From positions 20,050 through 84,049 of the forward strand of contig UREA01000002.1 in the NCBI GenBank assembly GCA_900546715.1: DNA of 64,000 nt, read 5' to 3'. The notes beneath the pieces were generated by a model. That model was not told the DNA's origin and did no database searches. It was given only the letters and a program-made list of their open reading frames with translations. Origin of the DNA: an uncultured Mycoplasmatota bacterium (GTDB lineage: Bacteria > Bacillota_I > Bacilli_A > RF39 > UBA660). Positions 49,775 through 58,905 of this stretch are shown here, one piece after another (the first letter of the stretch is position 1; every line of letters starts with the position of its first letter). The translations under genes were made by a program, and so were the position numbers.

Positions 49775-50192
49775 ATAACTTCTTTTCTTGCATCATAAAT
49801 TCACTAACATTTGTTTCTATTTCATCCAATCCTGATTTAGGTAAATTAGAAATAACTACTTCTTCTTTAACCGTATCAATTGTTACTTTACCAAAGATTA
49901 ATCCTTGATAAACTTGTAAATCATTATACATATCTGGAGTAATTGAACTTAAGAAATAACCCCAAACAACTCTTTTTTGACCAATTAATAACCTTTTATT
50001 AGTAAGTACTACAACACAACTAGTAAATATCTCATAAAATGTATTATTTTTTTGTCCCATAAAAACAAATATTGGTTCTTCCCCAGGATTCAAATGTTTT
50101 TCTACTACATCACAATGCTTTTTAAGTCTCCACGCTATTCCTCCGGGATGCTTACTCTTAAATTCTAAAGCTTTTTCATATACAGTACTCAT
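49740..50192 (-). CDS. bacterial PH-domain (YokE-like) protein
   Basis: About 150 aa from the ATG after AGGTGGT. Pattern EPIFVFMG...VVVLTNKRLLIGQK...GKVTIDT. Confidence 0.5.
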   Translation of the reverse strand: MSTVYEKALEFKSKHPGGIAWRLKKHCDVVEKHLNPGEEPIFVFMGQKNNTFYEIFTSCVVVLTNKRLLIGQKRVVWGYFLSSITPDMYNDLQVYQGLIFGKVTIDTVKEEVVISNLPKSGLDEIETNVSEFMMQEKKLYGSSNEASKTV

Positions 50193-50237
50193 ATTACCAC
50201 CTAAATATATTGTATAATAAAATTTGATTATTCGCAA

Positions 50238-51185
50238 CTAAATTAGATAATCAGTATAAACCCAACGATTAGAATTTATTTTGGTCCAACCATTTTTCTC
50301 TTCCATTATAGCTACTGTTGTTCCTTTAGGAAGTGGTGCTTTAACTTTTAAAATAGTTCCTGCTGGTTTACTTCTAACATTTAAAAAATTTGCTGTTGTT
50401 TTTTTGGTTTCATAATATTTACTAGGAACTATTTTGGTAACAAAATTACCGGCGACATATTCTTTATCACTTATTTTTGCCCAATTATTAACAAATTCCA
50501 AAACTTTAACCTTAGTATTTTGAGGCAAAGTATTTATAGCATTATAATTTGTACTAGGCCCCAATCTTATGTTTAGTGATTCGGCAGTTGTATAATAATA
50601 TTCATCTTCTATATCAGGTATATACAAATCTAAAAAGTTTAATCCTGCACTATTTTTAATTGTTGTAAATGTATTATCAATAAAAAAAGCATCTTCTGGT
50701 TTAACCGATCCACCAGTTGTATTAATTACCCAAATATTATTGGTATTTTTAACCCAACCAGAACCCGCAAATTTACCTTTTCCTACAACAATATGAAAAT
50801 GTTCTCCAGTGGCATTTCCATCACGACCTTCAATAGCAATAGATTCTTTTCTTCTAAATTTTTGCCCAATACTTAGTTTATTTAATTCACTATCTTCAAT
50901 ATGACCAATCATAATTGTTACATAATCATTAAATGTTGGAGCAATGACTTTAGTAGTAGATTCTAACCACAAAACATTTGTTGAACTAGTACCAACACCA
51001 TATATTTTTTTAACTATCATTTCATCACAAGGACAATAAAAGTAACCATTAGCACCAGGCTCACCACAATTATCATCAATTGGATAATCCTTTGGAGTTC
51101 CAACAGTATGACGCGAGTGCGAAAAGTCATTTTCATATGTTTGCGTAATATTCATTACTTTAATTGGATAAATTAAATAATTCAT
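50238..51185 (-). CDS. endolysin-like peptidoglycan hydrolase: N-terminal metallopeptidase-like domain (M23-like, tentative) plus two SH3b domains
   Basis: 315 aa. GEHFHIVVG His cluster. Two C-terminal repeats with the SH3b pattern (LNIRLGPST...VKVLEFVNNWAKI and LNVRSKPAG...VAIMEEKNGWTKI). Directly follows a holin-like gene. Confidence 0.6.
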   Translation of the reverse strand: MNYLIYPIKVMNITQTYENDFSHSRHTVGTPKDYPIDDNCGEPGANGYFYCPCDEMIVKKIYGVGTSSTNVLWLESTTKVIAPTFNDYVTIMIGHIEDSELNKLSIGQKFRRKESIAIEGRDGNATGEHFHIVVGKGKFAGSGWVKNTNNIWVINTTGGSVKPEDAFFIDNTFTTIKNSAGLNFLDLYIPDIEDEYYYTTAESLNIRLGPSTNYNAINTLPQNTKVKVLEFVNNWAKISDKEYVAGNFVTKIVPSKYYETKKTTANFLNVRSKPAGTILKVKAPLPKGTTVAIMEEKNGWTKINSNRWVYTDYLI

Positions 51186-51460
51186 TAGCCCGACACCTCC
51201 TCAGGTGAAGTTTTTTCTTCTACTAATTCTTTTAAATTCTTTACTAAATCATAAGCACCACCAGTCATTATTCCTGCACTAACTATAGCAATAGATATAT
51301 CCTTTGTAATAAAAAAATATATCAAAGCCATAATCACACCAATAACTAAATTTTGTAAAGGAATTAAATTATTAGAAATCCAAGTTACTTTTTTAGCAAC
51401 AAGTCCCAAAATAAAAGTTACTACAATTACAACTACACTTAAAATAATTTCTAAATTCAT
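51185..51460 (-). CDS. phage-type holin-like protein
   Basis: About 91 aa from MNLEII after GGAGGTGA. Three hydrophobic helices and a charged C-terminus. Its stop overlaps the endolysin start. Confidence 0.55.
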   Translation of the reverse strand: MNLEIILSVVVIVVTFILGLVAKKVTWISNNLIPLQNLVIGVIMALIYFFITKDISIAIVSAGIMTGGAYDLVKNLKELVEEKTSPEEVSG

Positions 51461-51525
51461 TATTTTCACCTCCATTATATCTTATGTCGCCATAAAAAAA
51501 AGGAAGCGATGAATGTCTTGCTTCC

Positions 51526-53496
51526 TTAACTAACTTTTTCAAATTGTGAATTATAAAGACTCGCATAAAAGCCATTTTGCTTCATTAATTCATCGTGACT
51601 ACCTTGTTCAATAATGTTTCCTTCATTCATAACAAGGATTAAATCAGCATTTTTAATTGTTGAAAGTCGATGAGCTATAATAAATGATGTTCTACCTTCC
51701 ATTAATTTATCCATAGCTTTTTGAACTAATTCTTCCGTTCTCGTATCAACATTACTTGTTGCTTCATCCAGTATCAAGAATGGAGCATTATCAAGCATAC
51801 CACGAGCAATAGTCATAAGTTGTTTTTGACCACTAGATATAGAATCATTATCTTCAATTATTGTATCATAAGAATTTGGTAGGGACTTTATAAAGTGATC
51901 TACTCCAACAACTTTACATACTTGTTTTAATTCATAATCTGATACATTTTCCCTATTATAAACTATATTTTCTCTTACTGTACCATTAAAAACCCATGTA
52001 TCTTGTAATACCATTGTAAATAAATCATGAACATTTTCGCGGGTTAATTCATTTATAGATACACCATCAATTTTAATATCTCCGGAATTTATTTCATAGA
52101 ATTTCATCAGTAAATTAACCATAGTTGTTTTACCAGCTCCAGTTGGACCAACGATAGCAATCTTCTCTCCAGGTTTTACTTTAGCACTAAAGTCTTTTAT
52201 AATCATTCTATCACTATCATAACCAAATTTAACATGGTCAAAAGTAATATTTCCTTTTACTTTATCTCTATCTAAATGTTTAGTTAAAGCTGATTCATCA
52301 CTCATTTCTTCCGCTTCAATGAATTCGAATATTCTTTCACTTGCGGCTGCTGCTGATTGTAAAGAAGTCATAGCTTGAGCAATTTGAGATAATGGATTAG
52401 TAAATAATCTAACATAAACAATAAATGCAACGATTACCCCAAAAGTTATATAACCATTCATTGCAAGAAGAGCCCCAACAACACAGACAACTACATAACT
52501 AAAGTTTCCAATAAAAGCCATAATTGGTTGCATTAAACCTGATAAAAATTGACTCTTACGAATAGCATCAAATACTTTTTCATTTAATGTATCAAATTTT
52601 TCATCAGCTTGTTTTTTACCATTATATACTTTAACAACATTATGTCCTGAATAAATTTCTTCAATATGACCATTCATATTACCAAGTTCTACTTGTCTTT
52701 GAATAAAGTATTTTTGTGATTTCTTTAAAATTATAGCCATAATTGAAAAACCTAATAAGCTTGATACAATTGCACAAATTGCCATAATCCAGTTTGTTAC
52801 AAACATCATTATTACACTACCAATAAGTAAAGTTATGGCTCCAACTAAAGAACCAATACTTTGAGACATTGTTTGAGCTACTGTATCAACATCGTTGGTT
52901 ATTCTTGATAATATATCTCCAGTTGAATTACGATCAAAGTATCTTAAAGGTAATTTATTTATTTTAGTAATTATTTTACTTCTTAAATCCTTAGCAAAAT
53001 TATTAGAAACTGTTGCCATTATATAGTGCCCAAAGAAACTAAATATAGCACTAGCAATATAAATAATAGCTAAGAATAAAGCAATATTTTTAATAGCGGT
53101 AAAATCCATTTTAGGTTCTACTATTTCTTGAACAGACTCTGGCATAGTATCAATAGCTGCAAAAATTTCACTTGATGATGAATCTTCACTAATACCAGAC
53201 ATAATACTCATAAATTCTTGTTTATCTTCAAAAGATATCGTATCAGATGACATAATCTCATTAATTGTTGTCTCACTAATATTAGGAGTCAAACCATCAG
53301 ATATAATATCAGTTAAATTGCTTAAATGATCTGGAGCAATAATTGATAGAATTGAACTTACTGCCGAAAGAACAAAAGCAATAATTATTAAAGTATGAAA
53401 TTTATTTAAATAATGAACTAATTTCTTCATTGCTCCCCGGAAGTCATTAGCTTTATCAAAGTTATTTGATCCCGGTTTTCCCATTGGTTTAGGCAT
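51526..53496 (-). CDS. ABC exporter, fused permease/ATP-binding subunit
   Basis: Walker A GPTGAGKTT, signature ISSGQKQ and Walker B FLILDEATS. Start at MPKPMGK after GAGGAGG. Confidence 0.85.
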   Translation of the reverse strand: MPKPMGKPGSNNFDKANDFRGAMKKLVHYLNKFHTLIIIAFVLSAVSSILSIIAPDHLSNLTDIISDGLTPNISETTINEIMSSDTISFEDKQEFMSIMSGISEDSSSSEIFAAIDTMPESVQEIVEPKMDFTAIKNIALFLAIIYIASAIFSFFGHYIMATVSNNFAKDLRSKIITKINKLPLRYFDRNSTGDILSRITNDVDTVAQTMSQSIGSLVGAITLLIGSVIMMFVTNWIMAICAIVSSLLGFSIMAIILKKSQKYFIQRQVELGNMNGHIEEIYSGHNVVKVYNGKKQADEKFDTLNEKVFDAIRKSQFLSGLMQPIMAFIGNFSYVVVCVVGALLAMNGYITFGVIVAFIVYVRLFTNPLSQIAQAMTSLQSAAAASERIFEFIEAEEMSDESALTKHLDRDKVKGNITFDHVKFGYDSDRMIIKDFSAKVKPGEKIAIVGPTGAGKTTMVNLLMKFYEINSGDIKIDGVSINELTRENVHDLFTMVLQDTWVFNGTVRENIVYNRENVSDYELKQVCKVVGVDHFIKSLPNSYDTIIEDNDSISSGQKQLMTIARGMLDNAPFLILDEATSNVDTRTEELVQKAMDKLMEGRTSFIIAHRLSTIKNADLILVMNEGNIIEQGSHDELMKQNGFYASLYNSQFEKVS

Positions 53497-55255
53497 TTCT
53501 AAGTTCCTCCTCACTTAATTGTGATAATGCAATTTCTTTGTAGACATCACAACTTTTTAGTAATTCTTCATGTGTTCCCATACCAACACATGTTCCTTTA
53601 TCTAAAACAATTATTTTATCGGCATTCATAATTGTTCCAATTCTTTGAGCAACTATAAATGTTGTAGCATCTTTAGTATATTTCTTTAATTCGCGTCTTA
53701 AAGTAAAATCAGTTTTATAGTCAAGTGCTGAAAATGAATCATCAAATATATATATTTCTGGCTTACGAGCAATAGCTCTAGCAATAGAAATTCTTTGTTT
53801 TTGTCCTCCAGAAATATTAGTTCCTCTTTGCGCTAAATAAGCATCATACTTATCAGGCATACTCTCCACAAATTCTTTTCCTTGGGCTACTTCAATAGCT
53901 TTTACTACATCTTCTTTAGTAATTTTCTTATCACTTTCTCCATAAGAAACATTTTCACTAACAGATCCACTAAATATTACAGCTTTCTGAGGTATATAAC
54001 CAATTTTATTATGTAAATATTCTAATTTGTAATCTTTAACATTAACGCCATCAATTATTATTTCGCCATCAGTTACATCATAAAATCTTGGAATTAAATT
54101 AATAAGAGTTGATTTACCACTACCAGTTGAACCAATAAAAGCTATCGTTTCGCCTTTTTCAGCTTTAAAAGTAATATCTTTTAAGATATATTCATCAGCA
54201 TCGGGATACTTAAATGATACATCCTTAAATTCAACAGTACCAGTAAGTTTAGGATCACTCTTTGTAACACTACCATCTTTGATTGCAAAATCTTCATCTA
54301 ATACTTCATTAATACGATCGGCAGATATTGCAGCTCTTGGATACATGATAAATATCATAGCAAGCATCAAGAATGACATAATAACTTGCATTCCATAAGA
54401 TGAGAATACTACCATATCACCAAAGATACCAACTTTTTCACTCATTAGGGATGCATCAATCATATAAGCACCAATGAAATATATAGCTAATGTTGAAAAA
54501 TACATTATCAAATACATGATGGGTTGCATAATACCAAATGTTCTTTGGTTAAATAATTGAATTTTAGTTAATTTACTATTTGTTTCTTCAAATTTCTTTT
54601 CTTGATAATCATCAGCATTAAATGCTCTAACTACTCGAATACCAGTTAAGTTTTCTCTAGTTATACCATTGATTTTATCAAGTAATTTTTGCACAATTTT
54701 AAATTTAGGTAAAACAACTATCATTAAGAATGTAAGGGTTAGTAAAAGTATTAATACTCCACCACCAATTACGGCACTCCATGTAAAGCTTTTACCAAGT
54801 ATTTTACTAACAGCCCATATTGCTGTAATTGGAGCTTTAATTATAAGTTGAAGACCCATAGCAACAAGCATTTCAATTTGCGATACATCGTTAGTAGTTC
54901 TCGTAATTAAACTACTTGTTGAAAATTTCTTAACTTCACCTTCACTAAAGTTTTCTACTTTTTCAAAAATATCTTTTCTAATTATCTTAGAAAATGTTGC
55001 AGCAATATATGATGCAAAAAATCCAACAATAACTGCTGATGCTAAACTACCAAAGGCACATAAAAGCATCTTACCTCCAGCAGTTAGGATTTCTGACATA
55101 GTATTTCCTTCAGTTTGAACAAGTTGTGTAATCTCTGACATATAGTCTGGTAATTTTAAATCAAGCCAAACTTGAAAAACTATTAATCCTGCACAAACTA
55201 ATATTAATAAAAAATCTTTTTTTCTTAATTTCTTTAATAATTTAAACATACTCAT
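53489..55255 (-). CDS. ABC exporter, fused permease/ATP-binding subunit (heterodimer partner)
   Basis: Walker A GSTGSGKST, signature ISGGQKQR and Walker B IYIFDDSFS. Confidence 0.85.
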   Translation of the reverse strand: MSMFKLLKKLRKKDFLLILVCAGLIVFQVWLDLKLPDYMSEITQLVQTEGNTMSEILTAGGKMLLCAFGSLASAVIVGFFASYIAATFSKIIRKDIFEKVENFSEGEVKKFSTSSLITRTTNDVSQIEMLVAMGLQLIIKAPITAIWAVSKILGKSFTWSAVIGGGVLILLLTLTFLMIVVLPKFKIVQKLLDKINGITRENLTGIRVVRAFNADDYQEKKFEETNSKLTKIQLFNQRTFGIMQPIMYLIMYFSTLAIYFIGAYMIDASLMSEKVGIFGDMVVFSSYGMQVIMSFLMLAMIFIMYPRAAISADRINEVLDEDFAIKDGSVTKSDPKLTGTVEFKDVSFKYPDADEYILKDITFKAEKGETIAFIGSTGSGKSTLINLIPRFYDVTDGEIIIDGVNVKDYKLEYLHNKIGYIPQKAVIFSGSVSENVSYGESDKKITKEDVVKAIEVAQGKEFVESMPDKYDAYLAQRGTNISGGQKQRISIARAIARKPEIYIFDDSFSALDYKTDFTLRRELKKYTKDATTFIVAQRIGTIMNADKIIVLDKGTCVGMGTHEELLKSCDVYKEIALSQLSEEELRNA

Positions 55256-55683
55256 TTCCTTTCTTCTATATTATTCTTAATTTTTTTAATAACAGATGTT
55301 ACCACATCTCTTTCTTCATCAGTTATCCCTTTAGATAACTTATCAGTAACATATTTATGCTTTTCACGCAATTTAGCAATAATATCATTGGCATCAGCAT
55401 TTATTATTATATGCTGACACCTATGATCAGATTCATCAAGTGCTAAAGAAATAAACCCGCGATCAAGCAATTTAGCTACAGCTTTAGAAACATAAGACTT
55501 AGAAAAACCTTTTAATTTAGCTACATCTCTTCCTTGATTAATATCCTTATTTAAGGTTATTGCAATTAAGACATCCGCCTCAGGTTTTGTAATACCAATT
55601 TCTTTAGCACATGCATCAATTTCGCTATCAATATAATCTCTAATTTTTTTAAAACATACTAATGTTTCTTCATCTTTAAACAT
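55252..55683 (-). CDS. MarR-family transcriptional regulator
   Basis: 143 aa with a winged-helix pattern. First gene of the ABC exporter operon, with an ATGA overlap. Confidence 0.7.
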   Translation of the reverse strand: MFKDEETLVCFKKIRDYIDSEIDACAKEIGITKPEADVLIAITLNKDINQGRDVAKLKGFSKSYVSKAVAKLLDRGFISLALDESDHRCQHIIINADANDIIAKLREKHKYVTDKLSKGITDEERDVVTSVIKKIKNNIEERK

Positions 55684-55799
55684 AATTTCACTTCCTAAAA
55701 ATTAGTTTATGCATCAACCATTATATAGATTTTTATTTTTTTAGTCAATAAAAAAATATGAATTTCACAAAACATTCATATTTTTACTTATTTTGTGTG

Positions 55800-55907
55800 G
55801 ATAACTCCCTACTTATCCACAACATAATAATATTTACTATATATTCTTGCTCATTTTCAGTTAATTCTTTATTTTGTTTTATATGATGCCACCTATAAAG
55901 GAAACCT
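55800..55907 (-). pseudogene. orphan 3'-terminal fragment of a DUF4186-like gene (left copy of 108-bp direct repeat)
   Basis: 101/108 identical, without gaps, to 58562-58669. Minus-strand translation ..FLYRWHHIKQNKELTENEQEYIVNIIMLWISRELSTQNK-stop matches the C-terminus of the intact gene. Confidence 0.75.
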
Positions 55908-56074
55908 TTGCCGATAATTGAAGGAATAACTAGAAAACTTAAGGTTAATATAAATTATAAAACACAAATCCGTTAAAAATTGAAAAATAAACCATAATCA
56001 AAATAAATTGATAAAGAAATATAAAATATTCAATTTGTTTATGTTATAATTAAGTAAATCGTGAGGTGGTATAT

Positions 56075-57436
56075 TTGAAAAAATATGATATTTGTATTAT
56101 CGGTTCTGGCCCCTGCGGATTAACATCTGCCTTAGAATTAAGCAAAAAATTTAAAATATGTATAATAGATGCAGGAAGAAACTTTGAAGGTAGAAAATGT
56201 CCTCTTGATGAAACTGGAAAATGCATTCAAAACTGTAACCCATGCAATATAATAACTGGTTATGGCGGTTGTCAATTTATCGATGGTACTAAAGCTTGTT
56301 TTTTCCCCGCCGGATCAGGATTATTCAATTTTGGCAGTAAAGATGAAATAATTAATTATTATAATTATGTTGAAAACTTATTAAATTTTTTTGGTAAACC
56401 CATTAGGCAAAAGGTAAATAAAGATAAAATTCAAAAAATAATAAAAAAGTTTAATAATCAAAATATTGATGTTAAGTATTATAATGCTCAAAAAGTTGAT
56501 AGAGAAATAATGAAACATATAGGTGAAAATATAAGAAAACGATTATTAGAAAATCATGTTGATTTTTATTATAATGAATTAGTAAAAGATATTCAAAAAA
56601 ACAATATTTTCATTATTACTACAAATAATATGCAATTTCAAGCAAACAAAGTAATAATAGCTACTGGCAGATATGGTAAATTCTTTTTGAATAACTTAAC
56701 TAAAAAATTAAATATCGACTATGATATGAATAATTTTGAAGGTGAGTTAGGAATAAGAATCGAAATGCCATATAGTTACTTTAACAAAATAAATGATATA
56801 TTTAATGATATTAAACTCAAGAGAAGAATAGATGATAATAATGAAATAAGAACATTTTGTCAAAATTATAAGGGCACCATAAGAAAATGTGTTTTTGACA
56901 CTGATATTGGTAAAATAACATCATTAGATGGCTGTATTCTAGGATTAGATAATAATACTAATAGCATCAACATAGCTATTCACCATAGAAAAAGCAAAAT
57001 AAAAGAAGCCGAAAAATTTAGGAATATTATTATAAAAACAAATATAGATAACAAGCCTATCGCACAAAATATGAAATCATTTTTAAATAATAATAAGGAT
57101 TGCGAGATTAACGAGACATATTGCACTATGCCTGATTATTCAATAGGAAATATAAATGACTATTTACCGATTGATACTCTAAATTATATAAAAAAAATGA
57201 TAATCGATATAGATAAGGTTATCCCTGGATTTGCATCAGAAGATAATATAGTATATGCTCCATCGTTTGAGTTGGGGGAAAATAAATATAAATTATCAAA
57301 ATCGTTTGAAACAAATGTTGAAGGCTTATATATAGGTGGTGATGCAAGTGGTTATTTTAGGGGGCTTATGCAAGCGATGATTTCTGGAAAAATAATTAGT
57401 AAAGATATTTTACAAAAGAGTGGAGGTATAAATTAA
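56075..57436 (+). CDS. FAD-dependent protein of the COG2509-like type, with N-terminal Cys cluster
   Basis: Start at the TTG after GAGGTGG. Dinucleotide fold ICIIGSGPCGL. Cys cluster CPLDETGKCIQNCNPC, followed by GYGGCQFIDG. C-terminal GLYIGGDASGYFRGLMQAMISG. Own extended -10 promoter (TGTTATAAT). Confidence 0.65.
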   Translation: MKKYDICIIGSGPCGLTSALELSKKFKICIIDAGRNFEGRKCPLDETGKCIQNCNPCNIITGYGGCQFIDGTKACFFPAGSGLFNFGSKDEIINYYNYVENLLNFFGKPIRQKVNKDKIQKIIKKFNNQNIDVKYYNAQKVDREIMKHIGENIRKRLLENHVDFYYNELVKDIQKNNIFIITTNNMQFQANKVIIATGRYGKFFLNNLTKKLNIDYDMNNFEGELGIRIEMPYSYFNKINDIFNDIKLKRRIDDNNEIRTFCQNYKGTIRKCVFDTDIGKITSLDGCILGLDNNTNSINIAIHHRKSKIKEAEKFRNIIIKTNIDNKPIAQNMKSFLNNNKDCEINETYCTMPDYSIGNINDYLPIDTLNYIKKMIIDIDKVIPGFASEDNIVYAPSFELGENKYKLSKSFETNVEGLYIGGDASGYFRGLMQAMISGKIISKDILQKSGGIN

Positions 57437-58279
57437 ATGATAGAAAATTCAGAAGTTAAAATTAGAGATATTGCATATTCTAAAGATACAATATCAAGGA
57501 AATATGTACAAACAACAGCTGATGATTATAGAATAGAGACTTTATATGTTGATTATAAAAACAAGTATATTATTTGTTTTTCAACACAAGTTGGTTGCAA
57601 TTTAAGATGCAAATTTTGCTATAATGGAATAAGACACAATTTTAAGAGAAATTTAACAAGTAAAGAAATATGTAATCAAATTGAAAATGTGATGAACGAA
57701 GAAAAACCAAATAAAGATAAGCCAATTTTATTTAGTGCAATGGGAATTGGAGAGCCTTTATTAAATTATGATAATTTAATAAAAGCATTCCATATTTTAA
57801 ATAAAAAATATCCTAATAATAAATTTGCTTTAGCAACTACTGGTGTAAATTTAAAAAACATTTTAAATTTAGCAAAAGATTTAAAAGATATAAATAAATT
57901 TAAACTGACAATTTCTTTGCATTCTGCCGACGAAGAAAAAAGAAAATATTTAATGCCAATTAGTAATGATTTAATTTCGCTAGTTAAAACGGTAAAAAAA
58001 TATAAGGCGATATCTGGCCGCGAAGTGGAATGGAATTATGTGTTATTTAATAATATTAACGATTCAATTGAAGATGCAAAAAAGTTATTTGAAATACTGG
58101 GAAAAGATGAATATATTAAAATAAATAAATTTAATAATGTTAAAATTAGTGTATTATCAGAAAGTAAAAATAAAGATATATTTATTTCAACTCTGGAAAA
58201 TTTAGGAATGCAAGTTGAATATTATGAAACTAATGGTGTTGATATAGATGGTGCTTGCGGTCAAATGATTTCCGATTAA
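57437..58279 (+). CDS. compact RlmN/Cfr-family radical SAM methyl-synthase homolog
   Basis: 280 aa. ICFSTQVGCNLRCKFC (CxxxCxxC plus the upstream Cys), MGIGEPLLN, LATTG, LTISLHS and C-terminal GVDIDGACGQM. ATG abuts the FAD gene's TAA. Confidence 0.75.
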   Translation: MIENSEVKIRDIAYSKDTISRKYVQTTADDYRIETLYVDYKNKYIICFSTQVGCNLRCKFCYNGIRHNFKRNLTSKEICNQIENVMNEEKPNKDKPILFSAMGIGEPLLNYDNLIKAFHILNKKYPNNKFALATTGVNLKNILNLAKDLKDINKFKLTISLHSADEEKRKYLMPISNDLISLVKTVKKYKAISGREVEWNYVLFNNINDSIEDAKKLFEILGKDEYIKINKFNNVKISVLSESKNKDIFISTLENLGMQVEYYETNGVDIDGACGQMISD

Positions 58280-58548
58280 TTAATGCTTTTATTTAAACAA
58301 AAATTAGAAAGAAATATCATAACTACCGAAATTCTTCTTTATTAACTATTTTTTATATAAAAATAATCTTAATAACCAATCTAACGAAATGGTAAAAAGA
58401 TTATTTTTATTTTGCTAAAGCAAGTGATAATATAAATATAAAACTGTAAGTTTTTCTACAAAATTATATTAGCAGTATCGTTAATTTCAAAGCACTGATT
58501 TAATATTTTATCAAAATATTAGTTATTTCTTACATTGAAATTAATATT

Positions 58549-58905
58549 TTATGAATTTGTTGATAACTCTTTATTTATCCACATCATAATAATATTTACT
58601 ATATATTCTTGCTCATTTTCAGTTAATTCTTTATTTTGCTTTATATGATGCCACTTATAAAGGCAACCTCTACAACAAGTTGCTGTTGCATGCTGAGCAA
58701 TAAACACTGGATGATTTTTCATTGGTGTTTGTTTACCGTCATTTGGTATATATGCTGGAGCAAGTCTCGTTTTAATGAAATCTTCAGCATGCTTTCTTAT
58801 TACATCTATTCCTTTATCATTAATATACTTTATATCTTTATTACTTAAATGAAAACTACTTCTAAATTTTGATTTAGCAAGTTTTTCTAATATATTATTA
58901 TACAT
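58549..58905 (-). CDS. DUF4186-family protein
   Basis: 118 aa. The pattern KFRSSF.L...D..YI..KG...IR.HAEDFI..RLAP....NDGKQTPM..HPVFIAQHATATCCRGCL.KWH is recalled as DUF4186. Confidence 0.65.
   Translation of the reverse strand: MYNNILEKLAKSKFRSSFHLSNKDIKYINDKGIDVIRKHAEDFIKTRLAPAYIPNDGKQTPMKNHPVFIAQHATATCCRGCLYKWHHIKQNKELTENEQEYIVNIIMMWINKELSTNS
58562..58669. repeat. right copy of the 108-bp direct repeat (inside intact DUF4186 gene)
   Basis: See 55800-55907. The constant offset is 2762 bp. Confidence 0.8.

Noticed and set aside
46529-51460. Calling the holin/endolysin region a prophage.
   Set aside because: No integrase, repressor, terminase, capsid or tail genes and no att-like flanks are visible. 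Only the lysis-type genes are present.
55795-55826. Two perfect DnaA-box 9-mers (TGTGGATAA and TTATCCACA) in inverted orientation, suggesting a replication origin.
   Set aside because: One box lies in the 108-bp repeat, which is simply a copy of coding sequence (..WINKEL..) from the DUF4186-like gene. There are only two boxes, with no AT-rich unwinding element pattern and no dnaA/dnaN nearby.
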